From Blasia pusilla (Eukaryota): a stretch of 64,000 nucleotides of DNA. This document shows positions 25,072-38,459 of the stretch, one piece after another; within the stretch, counting starts at the first letter, position 1; each line of letters begins with the position of its first letter. The translations under genes and the position numbers were made by a program. The notes under the pieces were generated by a model, which saw nothing but the letters and a program-made list of their open reading frames with translations, had not been told where the DNA came from and did no database searches. The DNA lies in NCBI GenBank assembly GCA_050084515.1, contig CM114271.1, positions 32,612,001 to 32,676,000 on the forward strand. The letters run 5' to 3'.

Positions 25072-26600
25072 ATGGCATCGTCCTCTCCCTCTAGTGTGCC
25101 AGTGGAGGAGACTTGGGAGCCATTACTTGGACCCAAGGGAGGTGAGAAACGACGCTTGACACAGTTTCTACGTGCTTATAGGAGTTGTTTAGCCTTTAGC
25201 ATGAAGGACTTGGGTTCTTTGGTTGGACCCGGTATACGGATTGATTTGGCTAGTGATACGCCAATCTTCCGTCGTCCCTACCAATATAGTGATATGGAGA
25301 GGGACCTGATTCAGAGTAGGACGTTGGACCTTTTGGAGGCTGGATTAGTGGAGTTGTCGCATGGAGAGTATGCATCAGCCACTGTCATGCCTGCTAAAAA
25401 GGACGTGCATGGCAACTACACAGATAGACGGATGTGTGGAGATTATCGTCCTATCAATCGGCAAACCAAGGCCGATAGGTATGCCACGCCTACACCTGAG
25501 GAGATCTTTGATGTGGTGGGACAGGCAAAGATTTTCAGTACTTTGGATCTTCGGGCAAGATACCATCAATTGCCAATTCGGGAGAGTGACAAGGCCAAGA
25601 CAGCATTTTGGGGTATCAACTCTCATGGCAAGGATTGTTTGTACGAGTGGAAATTATTACCCTTTGGGTTGAAGAATGCACCTGCCGAGTTTCAGAGAGT
25701 GATGGACAGGATCCTAGCAGGGTTGGATTTTGTTCGGTGTTACATTCATGATATCTTGGTGTGCAGTTACACGGTGGAGGAGCATCAGATACATTTGCAG
25801 ATGGTGTTTGAGCGGTTGAAAGTTCATGGTCTACGTTTGCATCCAGGAAAGGGTAAGTTCTTCCATGAGGATGTTGAGTACTTGGGTCATGTGATCTATC
25901 CAGGTGGTTTGGGAGATCAACAAGCAAAGGTGGAGGCTACTGCACTTATTCTGCGTCCGGTAGATGTGAGTAGAGTTCGGGCATTCATGGGATTGGCGAA
26001 CTACTATCGGAGGTATGTGAAGGGACTTAGTGCTATGGCAAAGCCTTTGAACCAATTGCTGAAATCAGATCAAGAGTGGCACTGGGGAGATGATCAGGAG
26101 AGAGCTTTTGTGGAGCTTAAGGCCCAGTTGGTGCCGGCGCCTATCTTGAGGAGACCTATCATAGGGTGCCCATTTCAGTTACACACCGATTGGAGTAGTT
26201 GGGATTTGGAGCGGTGTTGACACAACATGATGATGAGCACATGGAGTTTGTGGTGGCCTATGCAAGTCGTTCGAATAATGCAGCGGAGTCGCGCTATAAT
26301 TCATATGAGGGAGAGTGCTTGGCAGTAGTGTGGGCTGTGGCACACTTTAGGTGTTACTTTTTTGGCACACACTTTACCCTTGTTACTGATCATCAGCCAC
26401 TCAAGTGGTTGATAGAGTCTGACAAGCTTACAGGGAAGCTTGCACGGTGGGCTCTTATCTTACAAGAGTATGACTTCCTGGTGGTACATAGACCTGGAGT
26501 TGCCAACCTTGATGTTGATGGGTTGAGTAGGAACCCATGTACTAGCCAAGAGGATACAACTGGGGCTAGATGGCATGGCGAGGTTGATGAAGAGATGGTG
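25072..26600 (+). pseudogene. Reverse transcriptase and RNase H of element D
   Basis: RMCGDYRPIN, FSTLDLRARYHQ, LPFGLKNAPAEFQR, YIHD (YIDD mutated), FMGLANYYRR, LHTDWS, SYEGECLA, TDHQPL. Confidence 0.93.
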
Positions 26601-26849
26601 CCAAGTTGGCATGCATCCGCCTTTTTATGTTGGTTAGGGGTGGACTCTAGTATGGAGGACTACATGATATCTTACTCTAGTCAAAGGGTAGATGGCCAGC
26701 CTTCAATCCTAAGGTTGGAGATGGTGGTACGGATCAGCGTGATATTCATGATGATGCGTTGGTGTTGGAGTTCCTACGGACCAGTAGGGTGCCAAGCATA
26801 GTGAGTGCCAAGGAGCGAGACCGTGTTCTTCAAGGTGCTAAGAGGTATC

Positions 26850-28171
26850 GATTGGAGGGAACACATATTCTCCGTGTGTGGGAGGATGGTAGAGTACGAG
26901 TAGTGCCGCATTTGGCTTAGAGAGAGCGCATTGTGCGACATGCCCATGAGGAGTTGGGATATTTTGGGGTAAAGCGTACGTATAGCTTACTCCTTGGTGA
27001 GTATTGGTGGCGTGGCATGCATAGTCAGGTGCAGTAGTTGGTGTCACGGTGTATGGTTTGTGACCGGGTGAGGGCATGATTCAATGCCCCTACACCACAG
27101 TTACACCCCTTGCCTATTATGGGGTTGGGTTACCGTTGGAGTGTGGACTTTGCGGGACCGTTACCGTTGACTGTACGACATCATCGATATGTGTTGGTGA
27201 TGGTGGAGCACTTCTCCAAGTGGATTGAGTTGGTGGCATTACCTAACAAGGCAAGTGAGGGAACGGCGTATGCGTTTCTTGATAGAGTGCTTAGTCATTT
27301 TGGTGCACCAACCGGAAGTCTTCGACCGACCGGTCTGAGTTTGTGGTGAGTTTCAGGTCTTGTGTGACAAGGCGTTGATTGATCATCGGACCACGTCTCG
27401 AGATCATCCAGAGGCTGACGGTTTGGCTAAGCGTGTGGTTCAGACGGTGAAGAGGGCATTGCGCAAGTATGGCCTACAGAAGGGGCATCTTGGAGACAGG
27501 GATATTCATTTGCCATGGGGTATAGGTTCAATTGCCAAGCATCCTTGGCTTCCTTCTCACCTTATTTTTTGTTATACGACTGAGATCCAAACTTGCCAGC
27601 AACAATTCGTCGGGAGTCTAGTGAGGTGGTGAACCTTAATGACCCAGAGATGTGGATGAGAGTGTGTTATCAGTGGGCAGAGCTCTTTCGGAGAGTTATG
27701 CCAACAGCCTTTGAGAATCTTGCCATTGCTCAACACAGGGATACGTTGCGGTATGCAACCATTCGGGGTGGAGGTTATCGACCATCAATTTGTAGGTTCC
27801 ATGTGGGGGACTATGTCTATTTGCAGCAGATTGCACCGACAACGTTGGATGTGACGGCAGGCCGCACTATTTTACGAGTGTGCGAGGTGTTAGCTTTTGG
27901 AGTTCTCATGTTGGAGGGTCGTGATGGATTTGTTTGGAAGGACCATGTGCGTAATTGTGCACCATGTTATCTTCCAAATGTGGATGGTACTGTTGACCCA
28001 AGCTTAGCCATGATACGTGCTAGCTTGAGGTGCATGTTGTGTGGGTCTGCTGGTAACGCAACCCCTATGTTGATGTGTGATCGGTGTTCTAGGGGTTAGC
28101 ATATGATGTGTTTGACTCCACGTATGGATGTTGTTCCTACTGGAAGGTGGGTTTGTCCTCGATGTACTTAG
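26850..28171 (+). pseudogene. Integrase with C-terminal PHD finger (28031-28165) of element D
   Basis: HHCC (HAHEELG...CMVCD), WSVDFAGP, HPEADGLA, GDYVYL; CMLC...CDRC..H..C...WVCPRC. Confidence 0.9.
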
Positions 28172-28449
28172 GAGGGGTAGATGACTAGATCTTTGCATGA
28201 TATGGATTACAGATGTGCGACTAACGATGGGGCAACCTAGCACCCGGCCTTCTGATTTGTGCACCCAAGAAGGTGTATAGCATGTAGTAGATGTATAGGG
28301 CTACCTAGGAGTTAGAGGACCTAAACTTGATTAGGGGGCGAGTTGTGGTACACTTGTGTTTGTGGATGCTCTCGTCTATGTTATGTATGTATGTGAGTAT
28401 GGTATGTCAGCGATGTATGTTGTATGATGATGTGGATTCGCACGACAAC

Positions 28450-28922
28450 TATCATGACCATACGGATTATGTCGTAGAGTATAGTGTGCTAGTAGAGGCC
28501 ATACCTTATGTAGGGCCGCAGTGTCTAGGTAGAGATGCGATTTCATACATAGGGTTGGGGGTTACTCAGTTGAGGGGAGCTTTCCAGTAGGGCCCACTCT
28601 CAGGTTGGAGGATATAAGGTGGAGTGCACTCAAAGAACAGTCAATTCTTTGAGTTGAGCCTGTTGCGTTGGGAGTTAGCCTTGGTAGTGAGTAGAGCTCT
28701 TGGCTATGGTGTTTCCCGCAAGCTTTGACCTACATTCTCCCATCGTGGAGTGGGTTTGGCTCGATTGTATGTGATTCTACACATGTTTTATGACAATAGG
28801 TCTTTCACGGATTTCAGTTATGGTACACTTGTGTTTGTGGATGCTTTCGTCTATGTTATGTATGTATGTGAGTATGGTATGTCAGCGATGTATGTTGTAT
28901 GACGATGTGGATTCGCACGAAA
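28450..28922 (+). repeat. 3' LTR of element D
   Basis: Direct repeat of 19378-19808, plus the terminal segment ending gcacgaaa, followed by the TSD. Confidence 0.9.
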
Positions 28923-29327
28923 AATTCAACTTGTAACTTTAACTTGACTTGTTGTGCCATATCCTCAATACTCCCAATAATCAAGACGTCATCAATATAG
29001 AACGCAATAATAACCATATCACCTTGTCCTCTCAAGACATACAGCAAGGAATCAGAATCACAAACCCTAAATTCAAGCTCTTGTAGGATATGTTTAATCT
29101 TGCCATACCAAGCTCTTGGGGCTTGCTCGAGCCCATATAGAGCTTTCTATAACTTATATAGGAAAAATCAAAACTCTAGATGGTCATATCCAAGTAGTTA
29201 AGCCATTTATATCTCCTCATGGAGATCTCCATTCAAGAAGACATCCTTGACGTCCATGTGATGTAGTCTCCACTTCTTACTCATTGTAGTTTCAACCACT
29301 TTTATTATAATCGACATCTTTATAACA

Positions 29328-31600
29328 TGTTGGATTCTCAACATCCACTTTTGCCAACATCTTTAATCTGATCGATCCTCTTATATGAGGAGAAGCCTAG
29401 AGTGATGGTTCTGACATAGACGTCGAATGAGTCATAGTAATATGACGTAGGTGGTTTATGGAATAGCGTTACTAGGATTATCTAAACCTATATTGCATCT
29501 TGAGTAGTGATATAGTCGCAAGCCATGGCGGTAGCGCATGCTCGTATGTCGAGTTATGTCCATGTTTAGGTTCCATCAAAGCTCTTGTGTGAGGGCACGG
29601 ATGGACTAGGCCACTTTGTACCTTCAAGATTTGTAACAGATTTCACTGATTTTTGTCATATCCTGTTTTCTCATATAGTAGTAGAGCTATAGGTTTTCCA
29701 GTAATTTGTATCTAGCGATCTAGTATGTTTGCACAAATTCTTGAGAGACGACTTCTTCTTCGTCAATTCGTGCTCGCCCTCCTCACTGGGAGAAGGGAAG
29801 TTAGATGGGTCTAACTATACATTGTGGAAGTTCAAAATAAGAGATGTCCTCGAATCAATTGAGATCTGGGACATGACCACAATGATCGATTCGAATCCAC
29901 AAGCTTCTTTGAGTTCCGCTGTCCATCTTTATCTGGTGGTACCCATCATGTTGTATTGTTGGCATGGAAACACATAAGCGGCGATGATCTATATCCAATT
30001 GTCGCGAATGTGACAGATTCAGTTATGACTCTCATTCAACATACGACCATTGTTGCTGAAGCGTGGAACATTATGAAGAACCACTATGAAACCATGAATA
30101 AGACTCGGATTCAGAATGTGGAGAATTAGCTTACGTCCGAGAAATTTTTAGAAGGAGAAAGCACGGATCAATTTTGTACGAGGATCAAGAATCTTCAAAA
30201 TCACATGACATACGTAGGAATTTTCAAAGTCTAGCAAAGATTTGGCACATCGGTGCATAAGGACTTTTCCTCCGAGATATGATAGTTTGGTTATTGTTGA
30301 ATACTCAAGTAAGACACACACCGCTTACTTTTAAACAATTTCCTCTTCTTGCAATGTTGGTAGAAGAGGAAATGCGCTTCAAAGCAAGAGAGAGAAGTGA
30401 TGCAACATGTACTCTAGTACAAAGAGGTAGAAATCATGATTACAATTCAAATGCCAAAAAGAAATTTTCAAAATAAATCCTTCAAATTCTTTTATTGTGG
30501 TAAGCAAGATCATCTTATCAAAGATTATAGAAAGAGCAGCCATGATGAGAAGAATGGTTATTTTTAAGACCTAGGAAGGAGTCTTACAATTTTGTAGAAC
30601 TAGGAGAACATGAGATAGATGCTTGGGTAGCAATCGAAGAGTTTTGCACATAGGCAGAACATTCTACCAAGTCAAAGAGTGAAGATGCATGGATGCTCGA
30701 CAGTGGAGCTTCTAAGCACATCACCAATCATAAGGATTGGTCTAGCTCCTTATAGCCTCTATAGGAGCCCATCGTTGTTATAGTTGAAAATAATGCAAAG
30801 TGCCTTGTAGAAGGGAAAGGCATAATTTCTCAAGTCTCACAAAAAGGATATAAAAAGAAGTTAATTGGTGTCCTCAACATACAAGAGTAGAAGCGCAATT
30901 TGCTTTTAGTAGCAGTATTATTATATGATTGTAACTTAGAAGTTCATTTCGATAAATTTGGAGTAGTCATTGAGGATGCTAATGGGAAAGTAGTGGATGA
31001 AAGTATACGGAGAGGGAACATCTATGAGTTGTATGCTTTCACGACAAGTGTAGATACAAATTTTGGTAGCAGTAAGTTATGCTATGAAAGATTTGGTCAC
31101 ATAAGTTTTCCCTTCTTGAGTTAGATGCAGAAATCTGGCATATATGGTTGCTAATTAACCAATAATTTCTGGAGTGTTGAATACATATGAAGCTTTAATA
31201 TGGGCAAGAAATATCGAAGACCATTTCCACAAGAGTCCAACAATAGAGCAAAGGCTCCTCTAGAGCTGATATATGCTGACCTATGTGGTAAAATATGAAC
31301 AGTGGCATTAAGTGATTCTTCCTACTTTTTTTTAGTTGCCAACAATTGTAGTGGGAAGATGTGGATGTATTTCCTTCGTGATAAGGCAAGTGCTTTTGGA
31401 AAATTTAAAGTATGGCACAAGCTGGTAGAGAATGAGACAGGAAAGAAGGTAAAAAAAGCTTCACACCGATCGAGGAGGATAATTCTTATCAATAGAATTT
31501 CTACAAATATTTGGGGGAGCATTGAATCATACAATGATTAACTTCGGCGCATACACCACAATAAAATAGAGTTGTTAAGCGTTGAAACCGTAAGGTGATT
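29328..31600 (+). mobile_element. 3'-truncated Ty1/copia element G (same family as F)
   Basis: LTR 29328-29675 (tgttggattctc...ttttctcata), degenerate PBS tagtagtagagc, gag KLDGSNYTLWKFKI, protease WMLDSGASKH (~30690), integrase start; ends near 31600. Confidence 0.85.
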
Positions 31601-32376
31601 ATAGTGGAAACCACAACCTATCCGACCTTTATAAATGTCTAGAACAACTTTTCCAAAACATCCCATGTCTCCTCCGAAATATGAACATCTTGAATGTGCC
31701 CAATAATTGGTGAAGTGATCGTTATTAAAATATAGTGGATAACTTGTCTTGCACGTTCGTTCCAGGCACAAACATTCAAGTTTGTTGAGTCACCTTCTAG
31801 TTTGAACTCATTACATGTAACAAGCTCCCGTAGTTCTTGACCCATGAGAAACTACTTCTTGTGAATCTTTCAAACATTGTACTCTGCTTATCTAACTTCT
31901 TGCATGTGATTGTTACTCATGATCATTCTATGAAGAAATCTTTTTATTCAAAAATTATAATTTTAGGCTCTCCATTAGTCCAATTGAAGTATAGATCATT
32001 CCTATATAGAAGTTGATTTGAAATTTGCCAAAATTGACCGATTATATGGAAGAACTAATCAAAATTGGCATGTAGAGAGCAAACTGCACAACTTTCCTTT
32101 ACTAATTGCACTTTCTTACACTAAAATTGCTATTATAGGAGCTCACACTATTATAGTAGAATGATTTTAGATGTATTGGAAAGCTCTTGATGAACTCTAC
32201 TAGATATTCGAAACAAGTCTTTGGCCTCCTTTTTTATTTTCCTTGATGCATATTTTTGAATCGACCGAGAAAGCCCTAAAAAATTTCCTCTAAATTAAGT
32301 TTTATCATCGTCATAATTGCATCGGAAATCTTCCACCTCTGAGTTATGACTCAAATTTCACACACACCAACTATAG

Positions 32377-32622
32377 TGAAGAGTGAAATTTTATAATGAG
32401 AGAATGAGTGAAGGTTAGTTTCCTTCTCAATTATATAGAGTATGTACAAGTAACCCTAATCCTAACCATAATCTCAAGTTAAACTAACTATGAGTAACTA
32501 ACCCTTGTTAAGATAATCAAGCTTAAACTAACTAACCAAAATTAAGACTTCCTACTTTATGTGAATACTAGATGTAACGATTCGTGTATCTAATCATCTT
32601 GACTATAACTCTGTCTTCAATA
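32377..32622 (-). repeat. Copia H-family 5' LTR
   Basis: Alignable with 18043-18300; lies upstream of the minus-strand gag remnant. Confidence 0.65.
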
Positions 32623-35600
32623 GTCTCCACTACTAATAATTACTTCAAGTATTGCAACAATTAGACTTTATAACGATGCCATTATAATCGAGTTAGCATT
32701 TGCAATACCTCTAAGAGGCCATCTACCATGTTTGCATGTTGCTTCTCATAATTACTTGAGATTAAAATTAGCTCAAGTCATATTTGAAGGTGAATGGTCT
32801 ATGCTTATCCTTGACCTATTCTAGATTATCAATTAACTAATTGGATGAGGTACTTTGACGATGTAGAGTATCTCAAATTCCTCAAGTCTATTAGATGTGA
32901 GAAGCCAACTCAATTATGGAAACAAAACTACTAATCCAAATGTTTTATTCTAGGAACAAAGCAAATGATTTCATTAACTTTGATACAACAATAGTCTGCA
33001 TACATTGTGAGGATATAACCATTTTCAACGTCTTAGCCTTGAGAAGTCTATTTGGAGATGCCTCAATTGTAAGAGTATTAGTAAAGTCATATGCTCCATT
33101 TACGCTTTAATTCACTTCTTGGTTACAAGATGGCATCTTCCATCAATTATCAATTTTGTGCACTTCATTTTATTGTTATCCTTACTTCAAATATCAATTT
33201 AGAAGCTCAGGATGTAAACGAATGTTTAAAAAAAGTCATATATCTGATTTATAATGTTCAAGACCTCGTAAGTATTATCGTAAAAATTCTGTCTAGAAAT
33301 ACGTACATACTTATTACTAGATCAAAATTTGCAACTCGAAGGTATGGATCACATCAGAAATATATTATGGGAACCTTCCCGCTTATTCTTGGATATGCAA
33401 CATAGGCTATAACATCTCATAAGAGCCAATTTTCTTCTGTTTGTGGTTCTTATCTATTAGTTATTCGATCAATCTTTGTTATTGGTCTAGTGTATGTCAT
33501 GCTCTCCTGTACGAAGACAAGGAAGCAACTTATAATATTTGGAACACTAAAACTTGCAAAGTTCTAGGCATTTGGGCATAATCTATTGGATGAGCATAAT
33601 CAACTTTTTTTTTATAGTGGATCTTAAGAAAGCATGGCATCTTGCAAAAAATCTATGTATGGATAGGCAACAAAGTCTATAAGCCACACTCATCATCTAG
33701 TTCATATTTCTTAGATTGGCCAGTTTGTATCACTACATGATCATGAGGTAGCTCCTTCAAAGTTCATTGTGGAACGTCATTCCACAACAATTTAGCAATG
33801 TTACCAAGCTTCCCCCAGAGGTTTGTTCCTTGTAATGCTACATATCCTCTATCACCAACTTCTTTTCTTTTGATGTCCTCTAATATTACCGTATCAAGTT
33901 CTTGAGAATCACTTTGCTTTCGCCAGCATGATTCTAAACAACATAAACACTCACCAAGAAGATACTAGACCTCGATGCACAACACGGAGAATAAGATGAA
34001 ATACTTAGAAAATCTAGGTATAATGCCAAATTTTTGGAAGCATTTAATTATTGGTTGAAAGATCCAAAGTTTTTTTATTCCAAGTCAAATATGGGACTCA
34101 AAGTTCCAACATATCCATAAACATGGGCCAGCTTTGAAAGCTATTTTCTACTCAAATATGCTTTACTAAAGCAATATTTAATTGAAAATTTGGTGTTCTT
34201 GAAGTAAGCTTGGCTATGTCTCTAGCTTAATTTTGCATAGATTCTACATGAATTTATAAAAAGCTTCGAGGTTCAAGAATACGGACTTTAAAGAAGCATC
34301 TCTCACTAGGAAAGATATGACCCGTCTATTCAACCAATCAATAGCCTTGTATATTAAAATATCCCAACTTAGACCCAAAATCCTTTATTGGCAACACAAA
34401 AAAATGACTCTTATGAATCAAAACTCCTTGTAACTTCACCAAACAAACGCAAGTATGCATAGATATTCTTCCGAACACTTGTTAGGTGAGCATCTACACT
34501 ACCTTTTATGGATTCTTTGCATACTTTTATCCATTTTTACATGTAAGAGGACACATTCTTGAAAATTTTATTTTCCCCTATTCATTGCATAACCATGGAC
34601 AAATCTGGAATTACGTAGCACTGGTGAAATTTTTGAAGCAAGAAGGGCGGGTGTTCTAGAAATTTACTATCTGCAGGCTTTATCCGAGACCAACAGGAGA
34701 GGCCTTTTGGACCCTTACAAGCCAAAGAGGCCTCCTTCGCACCCTTCGGGACCTACAACCTTTGTAAACAAGCTTTAAGGAAGAAATTGAAAGAGGATAA
34801 ACAAGAAGCTATTGATTTTGCAAAGAATTTGCAACCTCGAATACAACAGAGCCCTAGGCTTTCACTTCAGTTGGAAATTATTTACTTTAGACTATGTTGA
34901 GAGAGTTAGAGGATGATTTGCGTTTTCCTTCATTGGCTAAAACCTTGTTTTAGATGTAGGTCATGCTTCTGTATTAAACACCTATTTTATTACATGAAGC
35001 TAAATGCATACTATATATGTGACGTGTTCATGTTGGCCAAGCTTGGAGATCACAATTTTAATTCCTTGAATAGTGTTATTTTCTACTATTGGATCAACGT
35101 GTTGCTTCTATTGTCTTAAATTGCATTGTTTGTTGTTTACCAATATGCATACATTACTTTCAACACTACTTCATTATAGTCCCGTATTGTTGTGTTACTC
35201 ATTTATACCATTTTTTGGTTGCTTTCCATCCTTTTTTCTTTTGCATGTGTATAAGGCTACATTAGATCAATTAGTGAGAACTTTCCCTTATAACATTCAT
35301 TCTATTTTATAAAAATCATTGCAAGTTTTGCTCTTTATCACATCCCCATCATAACCTTGATCATAATAAAGAACAGTGTAAACTCGTGCGATGCATTGGT
35401 TTATATCATCTCCCGTAATTAATTCTTATAGTTCTCAAATACCATTGCGAGTTGTTTAGAAGGGGAACGATTCCATTGATTTAAAAAGAAAACGATCCCA
35501 TGGGCTAAAAATGCCAAAGTCAAAAGGAGAGGAATTTGTAAAATGAAGGGGCACTCTCTAATAATAATATTGATTTCAAACAAATCACCTAATTTAGCTC

Positions 35601-37243
35601 TGTGCTATTTTACCATGCTCTATTTATGTTCCACATAAAAAATCACTCTTGCTTGTATTTCAATATATATTTGCTAAATGATTAAGCTATGCTCGGTGCA
35701 ATATTGCAATAGTGGGAGTTTCCATAACTCTTAATGCAATCTCCCACTATTGAACTGTTTTCTTACCTTTTCATATTTACTATATCCAACCCTACATAAA
35801 GTAGGCTTTGCCATACGCATTAGATACTCTCTTAGGCTATGTTACCACCATTACACAAATAGGAAGAATGGAATTCATTGCTTTTAGGGTTGTTGTCACC
35901 TGACATTTGCTTCACCTTGATTGTATTTCACATATCCATGTGTGACACCCGTCCTATATCTTTTCAAATAAATTACAACAACATTATCCTAATTGATTAC
36001 CTGTATTTTTCCACGAGTAATCAAGCTGAATAGGCGAAATACTTGTGAGGATCAACTAGTGTAGATAGACTATTCTAAAATTATAATTTAAAGATCAACA
36101 ACCATCTAAGCATTGAAAACTTAGTTGAACCTTAAAACAAATGAGAAAAATAAACACATATGATTTTTGAAAATAAAGCCAAAAGGAAAAAGTGTTGGAA
36201 ACCCTAGTTTGTTTGAAATCTTCAATGAAATCAATTCCTACTATTTTCACACTTTCTTAAATTTTTCCAACACACTTTCATAAGAAAAAAAATTCTTTGG
36301 ATCCTTTCGCTTGAGCAATTTTGTCTCTTTAGCCTCTCAAGTTGGTCATCCTTTTATGTAGATCTCTTTTTTACCCACTTTTGGACCACCCCAAAAATAT
36401 TTTAAAATTTCTTTATATTCATAGGATCTCATGATACCAAAGTGCATTGCACACACATTTTTACTAGTTTGCTTGAATCAATGAAAAGAGGAAGGAAGAA
36501 AACAAGAAGGAAAAGAATTTGTTCATTCTTTAAGAAGAAAAGTTAAAAGAGAAATAAATGGTGGATACTATCATACAACAACTTATTCAAGTATCTAATT
36601 TTGAACTTAACAAAATCTCGGTAGTTAGTGCATTTGACATTTAAATTCATATTTAAAAATAAGAGAATTAATTGAAAATTGAAAATAGAGATTATAAAAA
36701 AAAATTTTTTATATAATATATACTATTGAAAAGGTCAAAATTTTAAACTCGTCATATCCTTGTTTAAAAAATAAAAAAGACTTACTTATATAGAATATTT
36801 CTCAAATATGAAACGATGCTTTTATTTTTATATATAAAGAAATTATGAGTGAATCATATTTAGCAATTTTAATATTTTCTTCTCTATTTTCAAGTATGTA
36901 TTTTAATCTCAGGTAAATATGTTTTTTTTTATATTACAAGAGAGAAGAAGAAAACACATTGTAATATTTCATAAATGGTGTTATAGAGAGCCATGGTTTT
37001 GACAATCTTTAGGTTAATATCTGGTTGAGTATTATTCCACAATGATAACCATTTTGCATTTATCCTAACATGCCATTTAAGTTGTCTTATCAATCTTCCC
37101 TCATGATACCTCTTATTTGTATAATCCATTTTGAAATGAAGAAGTTGTGTGTATGTGTCCAACCATGCTCTTGGATTTTGTTGATAAGAGATTATGGAAT
37201 ACACAAGTATTTGTGAGATGCTAATTTTTATATATTTACCTAG

Positions 37244-37246
<3 letters not shown>

Positions 37247-37310
<64 letters not shown>
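37247..37310. repeat. (TC)n microsatellite
   Basis: Pure dinucleotide run. Confidence 0.97.
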
Positions 37311-37313
<3 letters not shown>

Positions 37314-37532
37314 AAAGTAGATGGTGTGGTGAAGAGTTTCTTGGTTGACGCTTGGAAGCTCCGCACAAACACATTGTTTGGTCAACACTCACACTATATG
37401 AGAGTGGCTCCCTCCTCTCATATGATACCTTATTCACTTGCTTCTCTTTCTACACCCATCCCCGTCTCAAGCACCGTCCAATCAGGGCACGGCGTCTATG
37501 GTCGCAAGGCTACGACATGCACTACTTAATGA

Positions 37533-37633
<101 letters not shown>

Positions 37634-38459
37634 GAAAATTGATCATGAAATTTTAAGGGTTTAGGGTTTTGAGACCATTTTGATAGAAATCCAATGGTCA
37701 TTAATGTAGTGTTGTGAATAAATATTTTTACAAAATTTTGAAAATTTTAAGTTATTGATTGATTGATTGATTGATTTACCTAAATTATATAAGTGATTTT
37801 GTTTCTAAATTTATACTCGAAGTTGAGACGATTTCTTTATATAAATTTTAATCAGAAAATTACAATAAGAATCATGAAGTCTTACAATCGATACAAGGAG
37901 TGGTAAATCTAATATTCTTAGGTACTATTAATTGGTTTTGTTTCAAACTCTACGATGAATCAATACATGCAAATTCATGGTTGCTTTAATGTGTCATTGT
38001 AGTTTTCTCATCTTTTATTAGGGATATTTGACTTACAATTTAAGCCTTGCAACATATTGCATTCCTTATCTCAAATTTAATTAATGACTAGCTCATAGAT
38101 TTAAATAAATGGAATAAACCTATATAATCCTTCTATTCTTCTTAATTTATCTTTTTTCAAACAAAGGGTGGAAAACGTGAAGAAGTTTGTGTAAAAGTAA
38201 CATAGTATCAATGGCCGACTTAAACTTGTGAGGAAAAATTTCCTTTTTGTAATACATGGAAAAATGGATTCTAAATGGAAAGATGGTATTAAAGGATGCT
38301 AGTAGCTTTGGTAGAGAAGAAAAAGACTCCAAAGTATGAGGTTAGATGATTTCTTTCCAAACGTATTAACATGATGTTATTGGGAATAAAATACTAGTAA
38401 AATAGATTATGGAGATTCATGATGGAATTTTTGATGGGAAGTGTGAGAATATGTCCACA

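Larger units (their letters stand above)
19378..28922 (+). mobile_element. Near full-length Ty3/gypsy element D (LTR family 3) with DNMT3-like and PHD domains, inserted into copia H RT
   Basis: Highly similar LTRs at 19378-19808 and 28450-28922; TSD aatt at 19374-19377 and 28923-28926; complete domain order gag-PR-DNMT-RT-RH-INT-PHD; PPT ttagggggcg at 28331-28340. Confidence 0.93.
18043..32622 (-). mobile_element. Old Ty1/copia element H, interrupted by gypsy D and copia G and internally deleted
   Basis: Diverged LTR-like direct repeats at 18043-18300 and 32377-32622; reverse-complement PPT ctccccctcaag at 18301; minus-strand RT (FDMKDLQELKHFLG at ~19340, FYIDDVLIIGS at ~28990) joined across the D insertion; gag remnant 31639-31845. 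No matching TSD, so the two LTRs may not belong to one insertion. Confidence 0.7.

Noticed and set aside
32623-37240. Possible decayed DNA-transposon or gene remnant in AT-rich DNA
   Set aside because: Only short ORFs with no motif I can recognise and no terminal repeats found; needs a tBLASTn/HMM search.
37653-37670. Telomere-like ttaagggtttagggtttt
   Set aside because: Only about two imperfect units and not at an evident junction.
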